Origin: Pseudogymnoascus verrucosus
Lineage: Eukaryota
DNA length: 64,000 nt
Assembly: GCA_001662655.1 (NCBI GenBank)
Contig: KV460261.1
Reading direction: 5' to 3' (one strand)
Part shown: one piece after another, positions 1 to 12,945 of the stretch
How the letters are laid out: the number at the start of each line of letters is the position of its first letter
How positions within the stretch are numbered: position 1 is the first letter of the stretch
Notes under the pieces: model-generated
Told to the model about the DNA's origin: nothing
Seen by the model: the letters and a program-made list of their open reading frames with translations, nothing else
The model's database searches: none
Program-made: the position numbers and the translations under genes

Positions 1-26
1 CAACACTCTTCGATCGGATTAAAGGA

Positions 27-1529
27 ATGGCTTCCCGACGCGACTCTACTCCTAACTCACGAAAATTGACTCCGTACGAAGAGTCAGCTCTTGTTCAGTA
101 TATCCTCGACCTAGATTCACGTGGATTTCCACCCCGGCCACAAGCTGTGCAAGAAATGGCAGACCTTCTACTCTCCAAACGAGGCGAGAGCCCTGTTGGG
201 AAGAACTGGACTACTAACTTCATTAAGCGTCGTACGGAAATCAAAGCAAAGTTTAGTCGGAAGTACGATTACAAACGAGCAAAATGTGAAGATCCTAAGA
301 TAATTCAAGGGTGGTTCTCTCTCGTACGAAACACAGTTGCAAAATACGGCATCTTAGAGCAGGACATCTACAACTTTGATGAAGTAGGTTTCGCAATGGG
401 AGTTATTGCTACTGCAAAGGTAGTCACAAGCTCAGAAGCAAAGAGCCGTCCAAAGACTATACAGCCAGGGAATAGAGAGTGGGTGTCAATTATCCAAGGT
501 GTCAATTCGTACGGATGGGCACTCCCGCCATTCATTATTTTCAAGGCACAGAATCACCTCTCAGCTTGGTATGAGGACTCAGGATTACCAGACAATTGGG
601 TGATTACGCTAAGTGAGAATGGGTGGACTTCAAATTCAATTGGGTACGAGTGGATTCAACACTTCGATCAACATACAAGCACTCGTACGACTGGAACCTA
701 TCGCCTTCTTATTATCGACGGACACGAGAGCCACCTCTCAGCTCAATTTCAACACTACTGTATAGAACAGAAGATAATCACTCTCTGTATGCTACCACAC
801 TCGTCGCACATTCTCCAACCACTTGATGTTAGCTGCTTTGCTCCGCTAAAGCTTTCGTACGGACGTCAGATTGAAACCTTCGTACGGAACCAGCTAAACC
901 ATATCACAAAGCTTGAGTTTCTCTCTGCATTTAAGGAAGCATTCAAAGCTACATTTACAGAGCAGAACATTAAGAGTGGGTTCCGAGCAACAGGACTAGT
1001 TCCGTACGAGCCACAGAGTGTCCTTTCTCACTTAAATCTACACTTAAGGACTCCAACTCCTCCTATAGTTGAGAGTAGCAATTGGACTTCAAAGACTCCT
1101 CAAACTATAAGGGAGCTTAACTTTCAAACAGAGCACATTAAGAACCGCATTGTACGACATCAGAACAGCTCTCCTACCTCAATTAATGATGCTGTTAGCT
1201 GCCTTGTTAAAGGGGCGGAAATGATGATGCATTCTGCTGTTCTACTTAAGGCAGAAGTTAAGGCTCTACAAGTAGCAAATGAACAGAAAAAGAGGAGGGA
1301 AAGGAAGCGTAAGAGGCGTATAATGCAAGGGGGTAGTCTCTCTATACAGGAGGGGGAGGATATCCTTCAGAGTGCTGAGGTTGAAGCTCAAGTCCGTACG
1401 GAGGTAGTAAGTGAGACCGCTCGGCAGGTGGGTTCTAAGGGCCGACAGCGGCGCTGTGGTCGATGTGAGAAAATAGGACATAATACCCGTACGTGCGAGA
1501 GGCGCCAGGAATCAATTGCAGTTGAGTAA
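27..1529 (+). CDS. DDE transposase (CENP-B-type HTH, DD35D catalytic domain, C-terminal CCHC knuckle); probably 5'-partial
   Basis: Motifs YNFDEVGF, LIIDGHESH and LQPLD, with 35 residues between the last two Asp; C-terminal CGRCEKIGHNTRTC. The frame is also open upstream of 27 (TLFDRIKG, psq-HTH-like), so the true start is likely before the window. Confidence 0.95.
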   Translation: MASRRDSTPNSRKLTPYEESALVQYILDLDSRGFPPRPQAVQEMADLLLSKRGESPVGKNWTTNFIKRRTEIKAKFSRKYDYKRAKCEDPKIIQGWFSLVRNTVAKYGILEQDIYNFDEVGFAMGVIATAKVVTSSEAKSRPKTIQPGNREWVSIIQGVNSYGWALPPFIIFKAQNHLSAWYEDSGLPDNWVITLSENGWTSNSIGYEWIQHFDQHTSTRTTGTYRLLIIDGHESHLSAQFQHYCIEQKIITLCMLPHSSHILQPLDVSCFAPLKLSYGRQIETFVRNQLNHITKLEFLSAFKEAFKATFTEQNIKSGFRATGLVPYEPQSVLSHLNLHLRTPTPPIVESSNWTSKTPQTIRELNFQTEHIKNRIVRHQNSSPTSINDAVSCLVKGAEMMMHSAVLLKAEVKALQVANEQKKRRERKRKRRIMQGGSLSIQEGEDILQSAEVEAQVRTEVVSETARQVGSKGRQRRCGRCEKIGHNTRTCERRQESIAVE

Positions 1530-1589
1530 GGGTCACTATATAGGGTTGTGGTGTAGTAGTAGTAGTAATAGTCACAGTTTGGTGTTTTG

Positions 1590-1632
1590 GTGTCCGACCC
1601 GCTTGTGTGTCCGACTCGCTTGTGAAATACGT
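1590..1632. repeat. Right terminal inverted repeat with two internal 17-bp direct repeats
   Basis: TGTCCGACCCGCTTGTG (1591-1607) and TGTCCGACTCGCTTGTG (1608-1624), then AAATACGT. The partner TIR is not in the window. Confidence 0.8.
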
Positions 1633-1848
1633 TACTTAAAATAGTATACACCGGGCTTACTATAAACGATGATAAAGCAGAGTGAGCAGCGAGCATAATA
1701 TGACAGCCCGATGAGTATAACATAAGATGATCACAATTCCTTATAACATTCTTTTGTGCATCACAGTTTAGGTAGGATCTATAAACTACATACATATATA
1801 TCATCAAGTCATAAACAGTAAATACAACTATAACATCATTCTTCTATT

Positions 1849-4480
1849 CTATGAAGTGACCTTCTTTACTATACCTACAACGATTTCTACGTCTTTTCCC
1901 TCCACAACCAATGTCCCATTCTTAGAAGTGTTCTTTTCAGAGGAGTCTAATAACCAACCAGAAGGCGGAGTTACCACACACTGAGTTCCCCTCGGAACCG
2001 TTACTCGAATCTGCCCTTCACTATTTCCATCTTGTATTCTCAATGACATTTGTATGACACCCGCCACTGTTTTCAAAGTAACATCAACCTCCGACAATCC
2101 AGCAAGCAGCGGCTTAACAGACCATCTCTTCCACCCCGGTTCGAGTGGCGTTAAACCTCCGAGATATTGAGGTAAAAGAAATGTTGGCCAAGTTGACCAA
2201 CCATGAGCAAGCGAAGTGTCGTGTCCAAATGGCTTACCATCGGGCTTCATTGCTTCCCAATGTGCGCCCGAATAATTTTCGTTGGATGGATCTGCCATCA
2301 TGCCCCAGACGTGCTTGATAAGTTTGATTGCCGCTTCAGGATCATTGTCAATAAAATGAGCTTCCGCTGCGAAGCCGGTCGCATAGGGGCTAATAATCTT
2401 TATCCTATCCCAACCTTCGATACCTTGGTAGGCTGTAGGGTTTTCAGTATAGTCAGATGCTAACCGATCCGACTTCGGCGGTGCAATACCAGTCGCAACA
2501 GCGTAGGCGTTCACGTCTTGGCAGATACCTAGTGGATTCGATGTGCAACTCATCTTCATGACTTGTCCTTTCTCGCTCCACATATGCTCATTGATACTGC
2601 GTTTGAGCGGTTCTAAACGGCTTGTATAGCAGTCAGTCATATGAAGCTCGCCGCTCATTGTTGCCATTGAGGCCAACGCCTCATAATACGCCATATTTAT
2701 CTTAGCAGAAGCCCCAAAGATAGGACCACCCAGGGGAAACCAATCCACTGAAAAAGAGTCAGGAAATTATTAAAAGATGGGAGAGTTTGTTACTTACTTG
2801 AAAGCGGCGGTGGCGCAACAACCAAGCCGCGGCTGTCGAGGAACGTCTCGGTGAAATGCAGAAGCTTCTCTAATTTATGCCAAACCCCACGAACAACATT
2901 CTCATCGCCGGTGTGAAGCCAATAGTCCTTGATCGCTGTGATTAGCAACAGTGAATAACTCAGAGAGTAAAATTTGTCGGTTGGTGGCTCTGTATTTTCA
3001 TCATGAAGCGGTGCTTGGGCCGGGGAAAGATTTCCCAAATATCCTCCCTCCATTTGATGGCTTGTTAGTAGGTCAATGCTACCCCGAATAGCCTCAAACC
3101 GGCCTGTCGAATAATAGAGCGATCGTCCCATGACGTATAGATCTCCCCCAAATACAGCGCGATCCCTTTTTGCACCATCTATAGTACAGGGAACCTGGTT
3201 TGTGCCAACGGCAAAATCAACCATCGTGCGTTGCTTATTTTCTGGCAGCAAGTTGTTCTCATATAAAATCTGGCCATCGGTGTCGGCAACAATTAAATTC
3301 CGGTACAGAGCTGTATAGGAAGAGGGTCCACCAAATGCGATCGATCCGGTATTGTTTGCAGCACCACCTAGGAGAGGATGGATGTTCAGGTCGTCCAGAG
3401 TCGCAACCATGTCGCCATCTATTTCTAGAGTTACAGAAGCGCCAATGGTAGAGATCTTTACAGCAATCCAGTTACCCAGATTTTCATCTCCCAATGTCCA
3501 TGACCCCCGAGGTGTGCTTGGAAACACACTGTTGACGTGTGATAACCCCTCGAATGCGGTAACCAAGCGTTTTTCGACATCCAGGGAGAATATGAGTCCA
3601 TTTGCAACCATATGAATCCCCCAGCTTGCGCCCGACTGCTCTATTAAAACATCAAATTGAACTGTTATATCGGCCCAGCGTGTGCCATATCTGCAAGGCG
3701 CCCAATGTTGACCAAAGACTCTTGTACCACTGTCTGTGACTTCCCAGCTTGGAAGCGTTTCTCCTGCCGCCATCGTGCACATCTGGACCGTCCTGACCCC
3801 ATCGTCGTAAATATTGTTCAATGCTTCATCCGAGCATCTAAATGAAGATATTATGGGTGTCTTCTGACGTAAGTCGCGGAATCCAATGACTGAAAATTTG
3901 AGCGTTGATTTGGGTGTCCGTAGGATCAGCTTTTGGTATCTTTGTGACTGTTGGGTATATCTGGCTTCTAGTCTCGTAGGCGCATCGGAAGTCTTGAGTT
4001 TATAACTTTCCCGACGGTACGTGTTCATGGCATTTGAGAACAAGAAGAATGGCCCATCGCCTGTTGTTATTAGCGTCGTCGCTCAGATCGATTGAATGTT
4101 TTTTACTCACCTTGCTCATTACCAATGCCCTCCCGGGTCTCGCTATATATAACATCAAACTCCACAGTCTCATTTTCGCTGGTTGCCGTTGATATTTCAA
4201 AAACAGGTACTCCTCCTTCACATCGTCCATAGTCCAAGATTATCTCCCCAGAGGATTCGTCGACAGTGGATATCGAGATAGGGGTGTAAACGTACCCATT
4301 GAGGAAACTATATCGTTTATCAAAAATAGCGCATACCACCAAGCTATCGTCTGTTTGAGGTTCCGACCAGAAAGAGCAAATATTTGTTAGAAATTCTTGA
4401 GAGCACGGCGTTATTCGGTTGAGCAATGCGATGAGAGGTGATGGCTTGAGGGCGTTTTGGGTGATCAGATGAGACGCCAT
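1849..4480 (-). CDS. alpha-L-rhamnosidase (GH78), 3 exons
   Basis: Exons 4480-4111, 4060-2798, 2747-1849 joined by GT-AG introns; motifs LDYG, DGAKRDR and SLAHGWST. No obvious signal peptide. Confidence 0.9.
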
Positions 4481-4765
4481 TCTCAACCTTTGGCGTGATA
4501 CTCCCACAATGCCTTCATTCGTACCGCGACTTAGGCATTATTAACTATATATTGTAAAACTATAGAGAAAGGGAGATTTGAGCTGTTTGCGTTACTGTTA
4601 ATGGCTGGCGGGGCTTCGTGCTGATAATCCGAAAGATTAACGATTAACTGGGGTCGCTATGGATCTATTTGATGTGAGCGGGACATGATTGGCAGGGGAC
4701 ATCTTCGGAACAACCGAGCGGCCCAGGAGCGAACCCATGACCCTGGTTAGTGGGTAGGGGTAATT

Positions 4766-4891
4766 GTCCACTACTCTATAAGTCCCACCGAATCTCCCTT
4801 GTCCACTTCCAACTGTCCACCTCCGACGGAAAACCACATTCGTCCCTTGCTCCCACTTTCGCCAGTCCGCCAAACCACCACACAAGTGGAC
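4766..4891. promoter_or_regulatory. Four GTCCAC/GTGGAC sites in the divergent rhamnosidase/TF promoter
   Basis: GTCCAC at 4766, 4801, 4815; GTGGAC at 4886. Confidence 0.7.
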
Positions 4892-4925
4892 AAAAATAGT
4901 GACATTGTCACAAAAGCGACCGACA

Positions 4926-7915
4926 ATGCCTCCAGTAGCACTGGAATTAGGCACCTCAACTGCATCGACGGCCTCGTTCGCCTGTCCCCAATGCCAGAGG
5001 AGCTTTAGTCGGAGAGAAAACCTTTCCCGACATCTTAGAACACGTAGGTGAAGCTTTTGTGATACTTCATTACAGCAGTGTTTTCTGCTGAGGTTTATTC
5101 CTTTTTTTTTCAGCTTGGTGCTGTGTGTAGGAGTATTCGATTCGATACAGCACTGAGGTCATACTAGTTTTGGAGCATAGCTCAAAATATATTATATACA
5201 CAGAACGCGTACAACTACTAATTAATTGGTCCTTATAGACCGATCGATAAATACACATTCTTGTTCTATATGCTCAAAAACATTCACCAGAAGCGATATA
5301 CTGAAGAGGCATGAAGCATTACACCTACGGAATGATGACATAACAAATGTGGCCGGCGAAAGTAGCGGAGTCAGTAAAAGAAGAAAAAGGGGCCTGACAA
5401 AAACTGTCATCAATGGCTCTCACTTGAACACACCGCCCGAAAACCACACTGCTCCTTCTGATGCGGTACTTCTTAGGGAGGATCATTCTCCATATGTTCT
5501 ACAACATGGCGCCGACAACATGACAAGTCACTCCATTCAAACCACCCATTCCGACCTTACACTTTCTAGCTCTCTTGAAGATACTCCAACTCAACCTGGT
5601 TTGGAGACATCTGACGCGACTTGGCGTCACGTTGCAAATCTACCGTTTGATTTTTCCTTCCTGGATCCTCCTAGCCCACACGTCGAAGGCAGAAGCATGG
5701 ACAATTGGTTCACAGGAGAATTTTACTCGGCGTTGAACGAGACTGGTATTGGTTGGGATGATGCTGATACATCTCTTGGTCAATCATCGTCAACTGATCG
5801 ATGGAATACAAGCAGAGCCAGGCAGAAACATTCTCAGCACAACAATTATCAGCCCACGAATGGTGCAACCCATGCAACGAGGCTTGCTAGGGCTACGCCG
5901 CGCAATGATCCTGCAGTGGGACATGTAAGTCGAGCACCCTCTCCACCGAATGTGGTGTCCGACGAGGATGGATGGCCGTTCGCTTGGAATCCACGGTCAT
6001 CTCAGGTTCTGAGAACCGAATTGATATCAATTGCCGGCGATGACCCTCTATTTTTGGCTCACGATCCTAAATACAACATTTCTGTTAACACCTATCAAGC
6101 TGTGATCGACTGGTTAGATTGGACACATGATCATCGCCTGGCCGAAAGTTCAACTCCTCTAAATATTCCAAGCTTGGATGTTATCAATCTATTTATCGCA
6201 CTCTTCTTTCGGCATTACCATCCTCAAATGCCTGTTATTCATCTAGCCACTTTGGTGATGGACGAAGATCTCCCTCCGGCCCTATTGGCCTCCATGGTCG
6301 TCATTGGCGCCACATACAGCCATCAAAGGCATACGAGATCATTTACCATTATGCTTCTTGATCGGGTGAGGCGCGGATTGTTGATGAATACCGAATACGA
6401 CCATGGGCTAGTGAGAGAACCTATGATTATCTATGCCTTTCTTCTAGTTTGTCATACAGGGCTGTGGTGCGGGAACAAACGTTCCTTTGAGCTTTCACAA
6501 TCTCTACGAGGGTCTGTGGTGAATTTTTGCCGGCGCAAGGGCTTTGGCAATGATTTTCCGCAAACTCCGATCCTGAATCAGAATAATACAGGAGCTAGCA
6601 GTCTCGAAATTCAATGGAGGGAGTGGGTTTTTGATGAGAGTCAAAAACGACTCTGCTGGGCAGTTTTCATGCTCGACTGCCAGTTCCCAACTCTACTCAA
6701 TTTGCCTTCCACCATTTCGCGAGGCGAATTATCATCACTAGAGTGTCCATGCGACGAAGAGTTCTGGCAGGCTCCATCATCACGACACTGGAAACGCTTA
6801 CTCGGGCCAGCCTCTGTCCCACCATCAATATCTTTCACTACTGCGCTTTCCTCTTTTATTGTGCCTCACATTGCTGATGTCACTGGGCCCGGAGGTTTAC
6901 AGAATGATCGACGAGACTTGCAGCCTGAGCTTTCTCCAATGAAGCTTAACCCATCGAGCCAATTCATTGTGCTTCTTGCGATATTAAGTCAGCTTTATGA
7001 ATATTCTCAAGAAGTAGTACTTGCAGGAAAGATTTGTGGTGGTGATGTTTCGTACGACAATAGAGATGCAAATGACGACTCTACTGTTACCACAGAATTT
7101 CATAGGGACGCCGCGAACCAAATGAGAGAAATGCTAAGTGGTCCTTCAGAGACAGAAGGATGGGCCATCTGGAAGCATCTTGCCAAAAGAAAGATGCAAC
7201 TATTAGGTAACAGGCCCCAACTCCCTTCTTATATTATCACATGTCGCAAAGACGGTTGTACTAACATCCTATAGAATCACTTAACAGATGGAGCGAAACA
7301 TACAATCACTATTCAAAGAATATACCGCGACCATCCAACGCGTTGGATCATTTCCAAGAATCCTCTATCCTGCTCTATAATCTTGGTCGACTACTCCTCG
7401 AGATACCACTCACCGACATTCAGAATGCAATTGGCAAATCTGGGCCTTCAAAGATTCCTGAAGCAATGTCAAAGGTATCAAATTGGGTCAGAATGTCTCC
7501 GCAGTCGCTTGATGCGGCATTGCTATGTATAGAAATAATTGATTCACTCGCACCAGTCAATCACAACTCATCCGCCGACAAACACTCGACTGTGAGGTAC
7601 AGTGTCCACAGCATCATAACTGTCTTCCTCTGCCACATCACTCTTTGGGCCTTCATCAATGTCGCGCGAAGAGAACAAAAACAGGGGCTCATGCATTTGA
7701 TAGAGATTAATGATAAAATAAACTCCGGTCACTTTACTGCGGTAGTAAAGAGGGGTCTAATCGAAAATAGCGAAGATGCCCTGAATTGCATGGTGTCCTC
7801 GTCTGATGCTTCGAGATTGATATTTCGAAGTGCATCAGAGGTCCTCACACGCATGAGTACTTGGGGTGCAGCTTTGGATTTGGCTGTCTTGCTATATAAG
7901 AGAGCCGAAATGTAA
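4926..7915 (+). CDS. Transcription factor with two C2H2 zinc fingers and a fungal-specific TF (Fungal_trans-type) domain
   Basis: Exon 1 4926-5043 (missing from the ORF track) encodes MPPVALE...CPQCQRSFSRRENLSRHLRT; intron 5044-5238; second finger CSICSKTFTRSDILKRHEALH; central FFRHYHPQMPVIH...ESQKRLCWAVFMLD...CPCDEEFW; intron 7207-7274. Confidence 0.9.
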
Positions 7916-8253
7916 TTGAGGCCCATATTATTTCTTCATTTATTATATTAAGAAGATTAAAAAAAGAAATCTGTTGAAATTATTGTTTCGCAATCCACGT
8001 GGGGAAAGAAACTGTTGCAGACCGGATTGAAGTTCCGTCCAGTGACTGTGGTCGGGTGAACGGGCATGTAGCGCCATCGGAAGCCATCGCACCCATGATT
8101 TAGATCCGATATCCTTTCGGCACATCTTACAGCGACAGACTCAATTAAAGTATGAACGAGTGCAAATCATTTCGTAAACATAGCTGCTGCAAAAAGCAAC
8201 GTCTGCTTTAATTGGTACCACTCTGGCATAACATGACGTCCAGCAAGAAAAGC

Positions 8254-8317
8254 GTCCACATAGATGTCCACTTGCGGGCCCTGTAATTGTCCACCTCGGC
8301 CCGTCTTTGATGTCCAC
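8254..8317. promoter_or_regulatory. Four GTCCAC sites upstream of the MFS transporter
   Basis: GTCCAC at 8254, 8266, 8289, 8312; several SYGGRG (CreA-type) hexamers follow at about 8340-8480. Confidence 0.7.
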
Positions 8318-8679
8318 TCGCCGCCTCCACCTCTAGTTGCCCCGCGTGCAGGTTAGCTCGTCTCGATTTCTCCATTTCCTCGATTTCCCCACAAACCCCG
8401 CCTCTGGGGTAGGTTTTGTCTCATCCTTGTTGTATTCCGGGGAGGGTTCTCAATGCAATTCTTCAGTAATTCTCCGCACAGAGCTCTCCCGTGTCTACAA
8501 GTGGCGTTGCTTGGGGGTTGTTCAACGTGACAGTGTAGATGTCAGTTGTGTGCTTTATCAAGGAGCTATATCTGCTGCTGTTCCTACTCCTTATATCTCA
8601 TGTCGACACAGAGAAGGGACTCACATTGAAGCACTCATCTGATCTCTAAGTTAACCCAGCCTCAATAAATCTTTTTACA

Positions 8680-10681
8680 ATGTCAACATCGATAAAGGGG
8701 AAAGACGACACTGTTGTTGAGATGGTGGAGAACTCCCTTTCCAACTCCCCTTCCAACTTGGATCAAAAGGCCGAGGAGCATGAATTTATGGAGGCTGAGA
8801 ACCAAATGACCTTGTGGCAAGCTGCTGTAGCCCACAAGCGTATCCTTCTCTACTGTAAGTTGACCAACCAATACTGTGTATTAACCATATCCGATCCATA
8901 CCTACGTTGGTTGGGCCTTGGGACTACAGCGCTGACATGAGATTCAGGCATTGTGCCCTATCTCTGTGGCATGACTTATGGTTACGACGTTATTGCAAAT
9001 GGAGCGACCCTCGCGATGCCTAGTTTTCTGATCTACTTTGGAGCTTTCGACTCGGCTGGCAATCTTTTTATTCCTTCCATCTGGACCTCTCTATGGGTAG
9101 CTATGACCAACCTTGGCCAAGCCGTTGGCTCTTTCGCCGGCGGCCCTCTTGCACATCGCTTCGGCCGTCGATATGTCATCATGGCCTTCTCCATTGTGAG
9201 CATTGTCGGCGTTTCTCTCCAGTTCACTGCCACAACTAGAGGCATATTGCTCGGGGGTAAAATCATCAACGGCTTTGCCGTCGGTGGGTTACTGGCTGTG
9301 GGAACGACATATGCATCAGAGGTAAGGATGTTCAAAGACCACCGCACAACAGGATCGTTTTTCTAACGAGATAGGTTGCCCCACTTCGTCTACGAGCGCC
9401 AGTTCAGCAGGGCTTGGTCTTCTGCGCAGTAGTTATGCAAGGTTGTGGGTTGGGCGTCATACGAGCATTTGTAACAAGATTGGATCCCGCTGCCTTCCGC
9501 ATTGTGTTCGGGCTTCAATGGGTCGTTGGGTCATTGCCCTTACTTGCATTCTTCATACCAGAGTGAGTGCGGAATCCAAAATACACTCAACCATTCCCTC
9601 TAATTCTCTCCCTCAGATCACCCACTTGGCTTCTTTCTCGTGGTCGCACGGATGATGCAAGGGCCTCGTTGAATCGTTTATACAAGAAGAACAATGTTGA
9701 GTTACGCCTAGATGCGCTACAAGCCACACTGACGGCTGAGACGGCTGGCGAGAAAGAAGGCTCCTTTATCGAGTGCTTTAAGGGCACAAACTTGAAGAGA
9801 ACTGCTACAGTGTCCCTTCTGTTTTTCGGAAGTGGTGGCCTAATCGGCGCGTCTTTCCTGAGTCAAAATATCTATTTCTTGCTTACTGTAGGTCTGGAAG
9901 CTGTGCATTCTTTCGACATTGGCATCGGAGGGTTCTTTTTGGCTTGTGTTGCTATTGCCATTGGCTGGTTTTTTACAGATGTCATTGGCCGAAGAACACT
10001 CTGGCTTGTTGGCGTCTCTGGCAATGCTGTTGCAATGGCGGTGATTGGTGCTCTGTCATTCGATTCCTCGAGGGCTGGACTTTGGGCCATCGCTGTCTTG
10101 ATGTGAGTCGCTAACTTGTTACTTATTCAGTATTGTCTTGAGCGCATAACTAACGTGTCATGTAGGAATGTCCTCATCTCGTTTCAAATCTACACCTGCG
10201 TCTCGACCTCCTGGACTATGGCGCCCGAACTCTCCTCATACCGCTTACGACAACATACCCAATCGTTCGGCTACATCATCCAGGCACTCTCCTCGTGGTT
10301 TTTCCAATTCATCGTACCATAGTTAGTATTCTCCATGTCCTTAAAGTCCCTAGGAGGTGGTTACTGACCTGGGTTTCAAAGCATGTACAACATCGACAGC
10401 GGCAATCTAGGAGCTAAAACCGGATTTGTTTTTGCTGGTACCAGTGTTTTGCTCTTCTGCATCTCGTGGTTCGTAGTTCCCGAGACATCTGGGCTTAGTG
10501 TCGAAGATATTGGTATGTTTATCCCTCTCCTTGCCACGTTCCGAGTCGACGGATCATCATTCACTCCACCAAAAACTACACAGGTCTGCTTGCTAACACA
10601 AACTTTACAGATGCCGCATATATTGATCGCGTATCGCCGAGGAAGTTTCACCTTAGAAGGCAGGCGGCCATTGGAGTGTAA
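8680..10681 (+). CDS. MFS sugar porter (maltose/alpha-glucoside permease-like), multi-exon
   Basis: Motifs YGYD, RFGRR, TYASEVAPLRLR, PESP, IGRR, ELSSYRLRQHT, GNLGAKTGFVF, VPET; about 7 exons; last exon 10611-10681 ends in TAA. Confidence 0.9.
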
Positions 10682-11158
10682 ATGGGGCCATAGTGTAGTT
10701 TATATAATATACGCCCTTTGATCTATCATACTTAATCCTTCCGTACACTTGGAGAAAATCAATACACTTTACAGGCAGCCAAAGAATAGCGTGACGTGTG
10801 AATGTGATCATAGGAACAAGCACCCAAACCACGAAGGATATTCACATGGGTGATCAGCATGGCAGTAAGATATTCAAAGGGTGTCTTAATTTAATTTCTA
10901 TATGGCTTCATTAACTCCGGTCACATAACGTTCTACGGTTTGTACAACTCATTACTTCAACCATATATACTGTAAAGGGTTTACTGTCTTTCTAATGCAG
11001 AACAAAACTGCAGAAAGATAACACTTTCGAGACATTACCAACTCGTAAGCCGCCCCTACCAGCCAGCAAGCACGGTTATGCTGTTACCCTTAAGTGAAAT
11101 AGCGACATTGTCTCCTTCCGTTTATAATTGATAACATCTTTGAATATAAATATGTAAC

Positions 11159-12398
11159 CTAAAAAATGACGAATTCTAGCTCCTTTTGCAACCCTTCAAG
11201 CTGCTTCTCATCCCATCCAGTCAAATCTCCAGCTTCCGGCACAACCACCCACTCAAATGGACTTCCTGTCCCTGTGAGGACTTCTCCTATTCCACCTCCG
11301 TTCGCGAAAACATAATACTTCGCAGCTACGCTATGGACCGCACACCTCCATTCCGACTCAGCTGGTATGAAAACCGTCTCCATGCTCCCCACTATGGTTT
11401 GCTTCCCATTAATAACAACGCTCAGTAAGCCCTCTATGACTTGTATAACATGGTGCGTCTTCTCGAACTTAAATGTCGTCTTCTCGAGTCCCTTCCCATC
11501 GTGCAACTTCGAGCCCTCGACACAATATATCGAAAACTTGCCATCTGACTCCTTTCTTGTGGCAAGAGGTCGCACAATTGTGCCACCAGTAGCGAATTTT
11601 GGACCGGTGTCTGCCTTGAGGAAATATCCTCCAATCTCGCACACCCCCGGGAGTTGGGATTCCGTACCATCCCAGGGTTGTGGGTCGAAAGAGGCCTTCT
11701 CGCGCACGGGAACCATATCAAATTTATCGGTTGCAGCGATGAGTTTGGGGATGAGGACTTCGAATGGGGAGCGTGAATCGTGGGTGGGGAAAAGAGGCCC
11801 TGAAAAGGGCTCGCCGACGAAGCGGAAAAACTAGGCAATGAATTAGTTGCACGTAGTTTAAGAACAATGGGAGATTCTAGGGGGTTAGATGACTGGAGAG
11901 ATTTCAGGCAGTGCTGGATATTGGAATCTAGTTGACAAGGGCACATACTTCTTCCCAACCACCGGGGATTATAAGCCCCACGAACTCAGTGTGAGCAGAT
12001 GCAATTTGGTATTGATGGACTGTGTTCTACATTGAATTAGCGATGTATAAAAAAATAGAATGAAGAATAGTATATCAAAGACGACTCACAGGTGGCACGC
12101 TTGCAAAATCTCCTGGACCCAAAGATCTCGCAGAATCATTCGCCCAAACGTTAAGCGTTCCCTTTAAGCAGAGAAACACATCGTGTGCCTCTCTGTGATA
12201 ATGGAAACCAATTGGGTTATCAAACGTTCCGCCAGTGCCAACAACAGCAAATGCGTTGCTTGTCTCTTTCGCTGTTGCGAGGAGGCGCATGGTACTCTTT
12301 GAGGTCGGGATAGTCCATAGCTCCCCAGTAAAGCAAGGGAGTTTGTATGGAGTAGACGAGCCCGGAGGCGTAGTGAGAGTTGGAATCGATTCGGACAT
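11159..12398 (-). CDS. Quercetin 2,3-dioxygenase (quercetinase)-like bicupin, 3 exons
   Basis: Cupin motif 1 GFHYHREAHDVFLCLKG, motif 2 GDFASVPP/NTVHQYQI, then GLIIPGGWEE-FF; second cupin with VFIPA and GGGIG. Exons approx. 12398-12090, 12026-11950, 11830-11159. Confidence 0.8.
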
Positions 12399-12597
12399 GG
12401 CTTTAGTGTAGTTAAATTAATTTCAAATAAAAGTTTGGTATGAGACTCCAGAATCTCGGCTCTACTTATTATTTTGTAGAGTATGCGAGATTCAATCGAA
12501 GGTCAAGAGTACTCGCACCTATATTCGTCAACGCTGTCATGGCCCTGTGGTCTTCGGGTTTCGGGGCTTCGGGACCCTTGATTTCTGATAGACCAAT

Positions 12598-12718
12598 GTG
12601 GACTACCACCATCTGCACCCCCGTCCAATGCCAAGCAAATAGATTTATGTCCACTTCTGGGATTCCCACCACAGATGTAACAATGTGGACTACCCCCGCA
12701 AATCGTCTAGATGTCCAC
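12598..12718. promoter_or_regulatory. Four GTCCAC/GTGGAC sites in the divergent quercetinase/esterase promoter
   Basis: GTGGAC at 12598 and 12685 (both within CAATGTGGACTAC); GTCCAC at 12649 and 12713. Confidence 0.7.
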
Positions 12719-12945
12719 CTTCAAGCTCGACGCTTCACCCCCAGCAACGGCAATTGTCACGGCAGTCTGAACCTAATGCACGCCAGTCGTCTGTTATACA
12801 TCTATTCGCGTTTAGTTTATATAATTTATGCGACTCTTTTTGGTCAGTGAGAGAAGCTGTCCCGAAATTTGGTCTCTTAATGAAGCAAGTCCCATGATAC
12901 TGACTTTATCGTTAAAATAATTCGATCTGGCCATCCTCGAGCGCT

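Larger units (their letters stand above)
1..1634 (+). mobile_element. pogo/Fot1-like (Tc1/mariner superfamily) DNA transposon, left end outside the window
   Basis: Transposase ORF followed by a terminal repeat ending ...GAAATACGT (1632) and TA (1633-1634), the usual Fot1-type end and target dinucleotide. Confidence 0.93.

Noticed and set aside
5044..5238. Hairpins in the 195-nt first intron of the cluster TF
   Set aside because: Short stems only; no convincing C/D or H/ACA boxes or guide complementarity.
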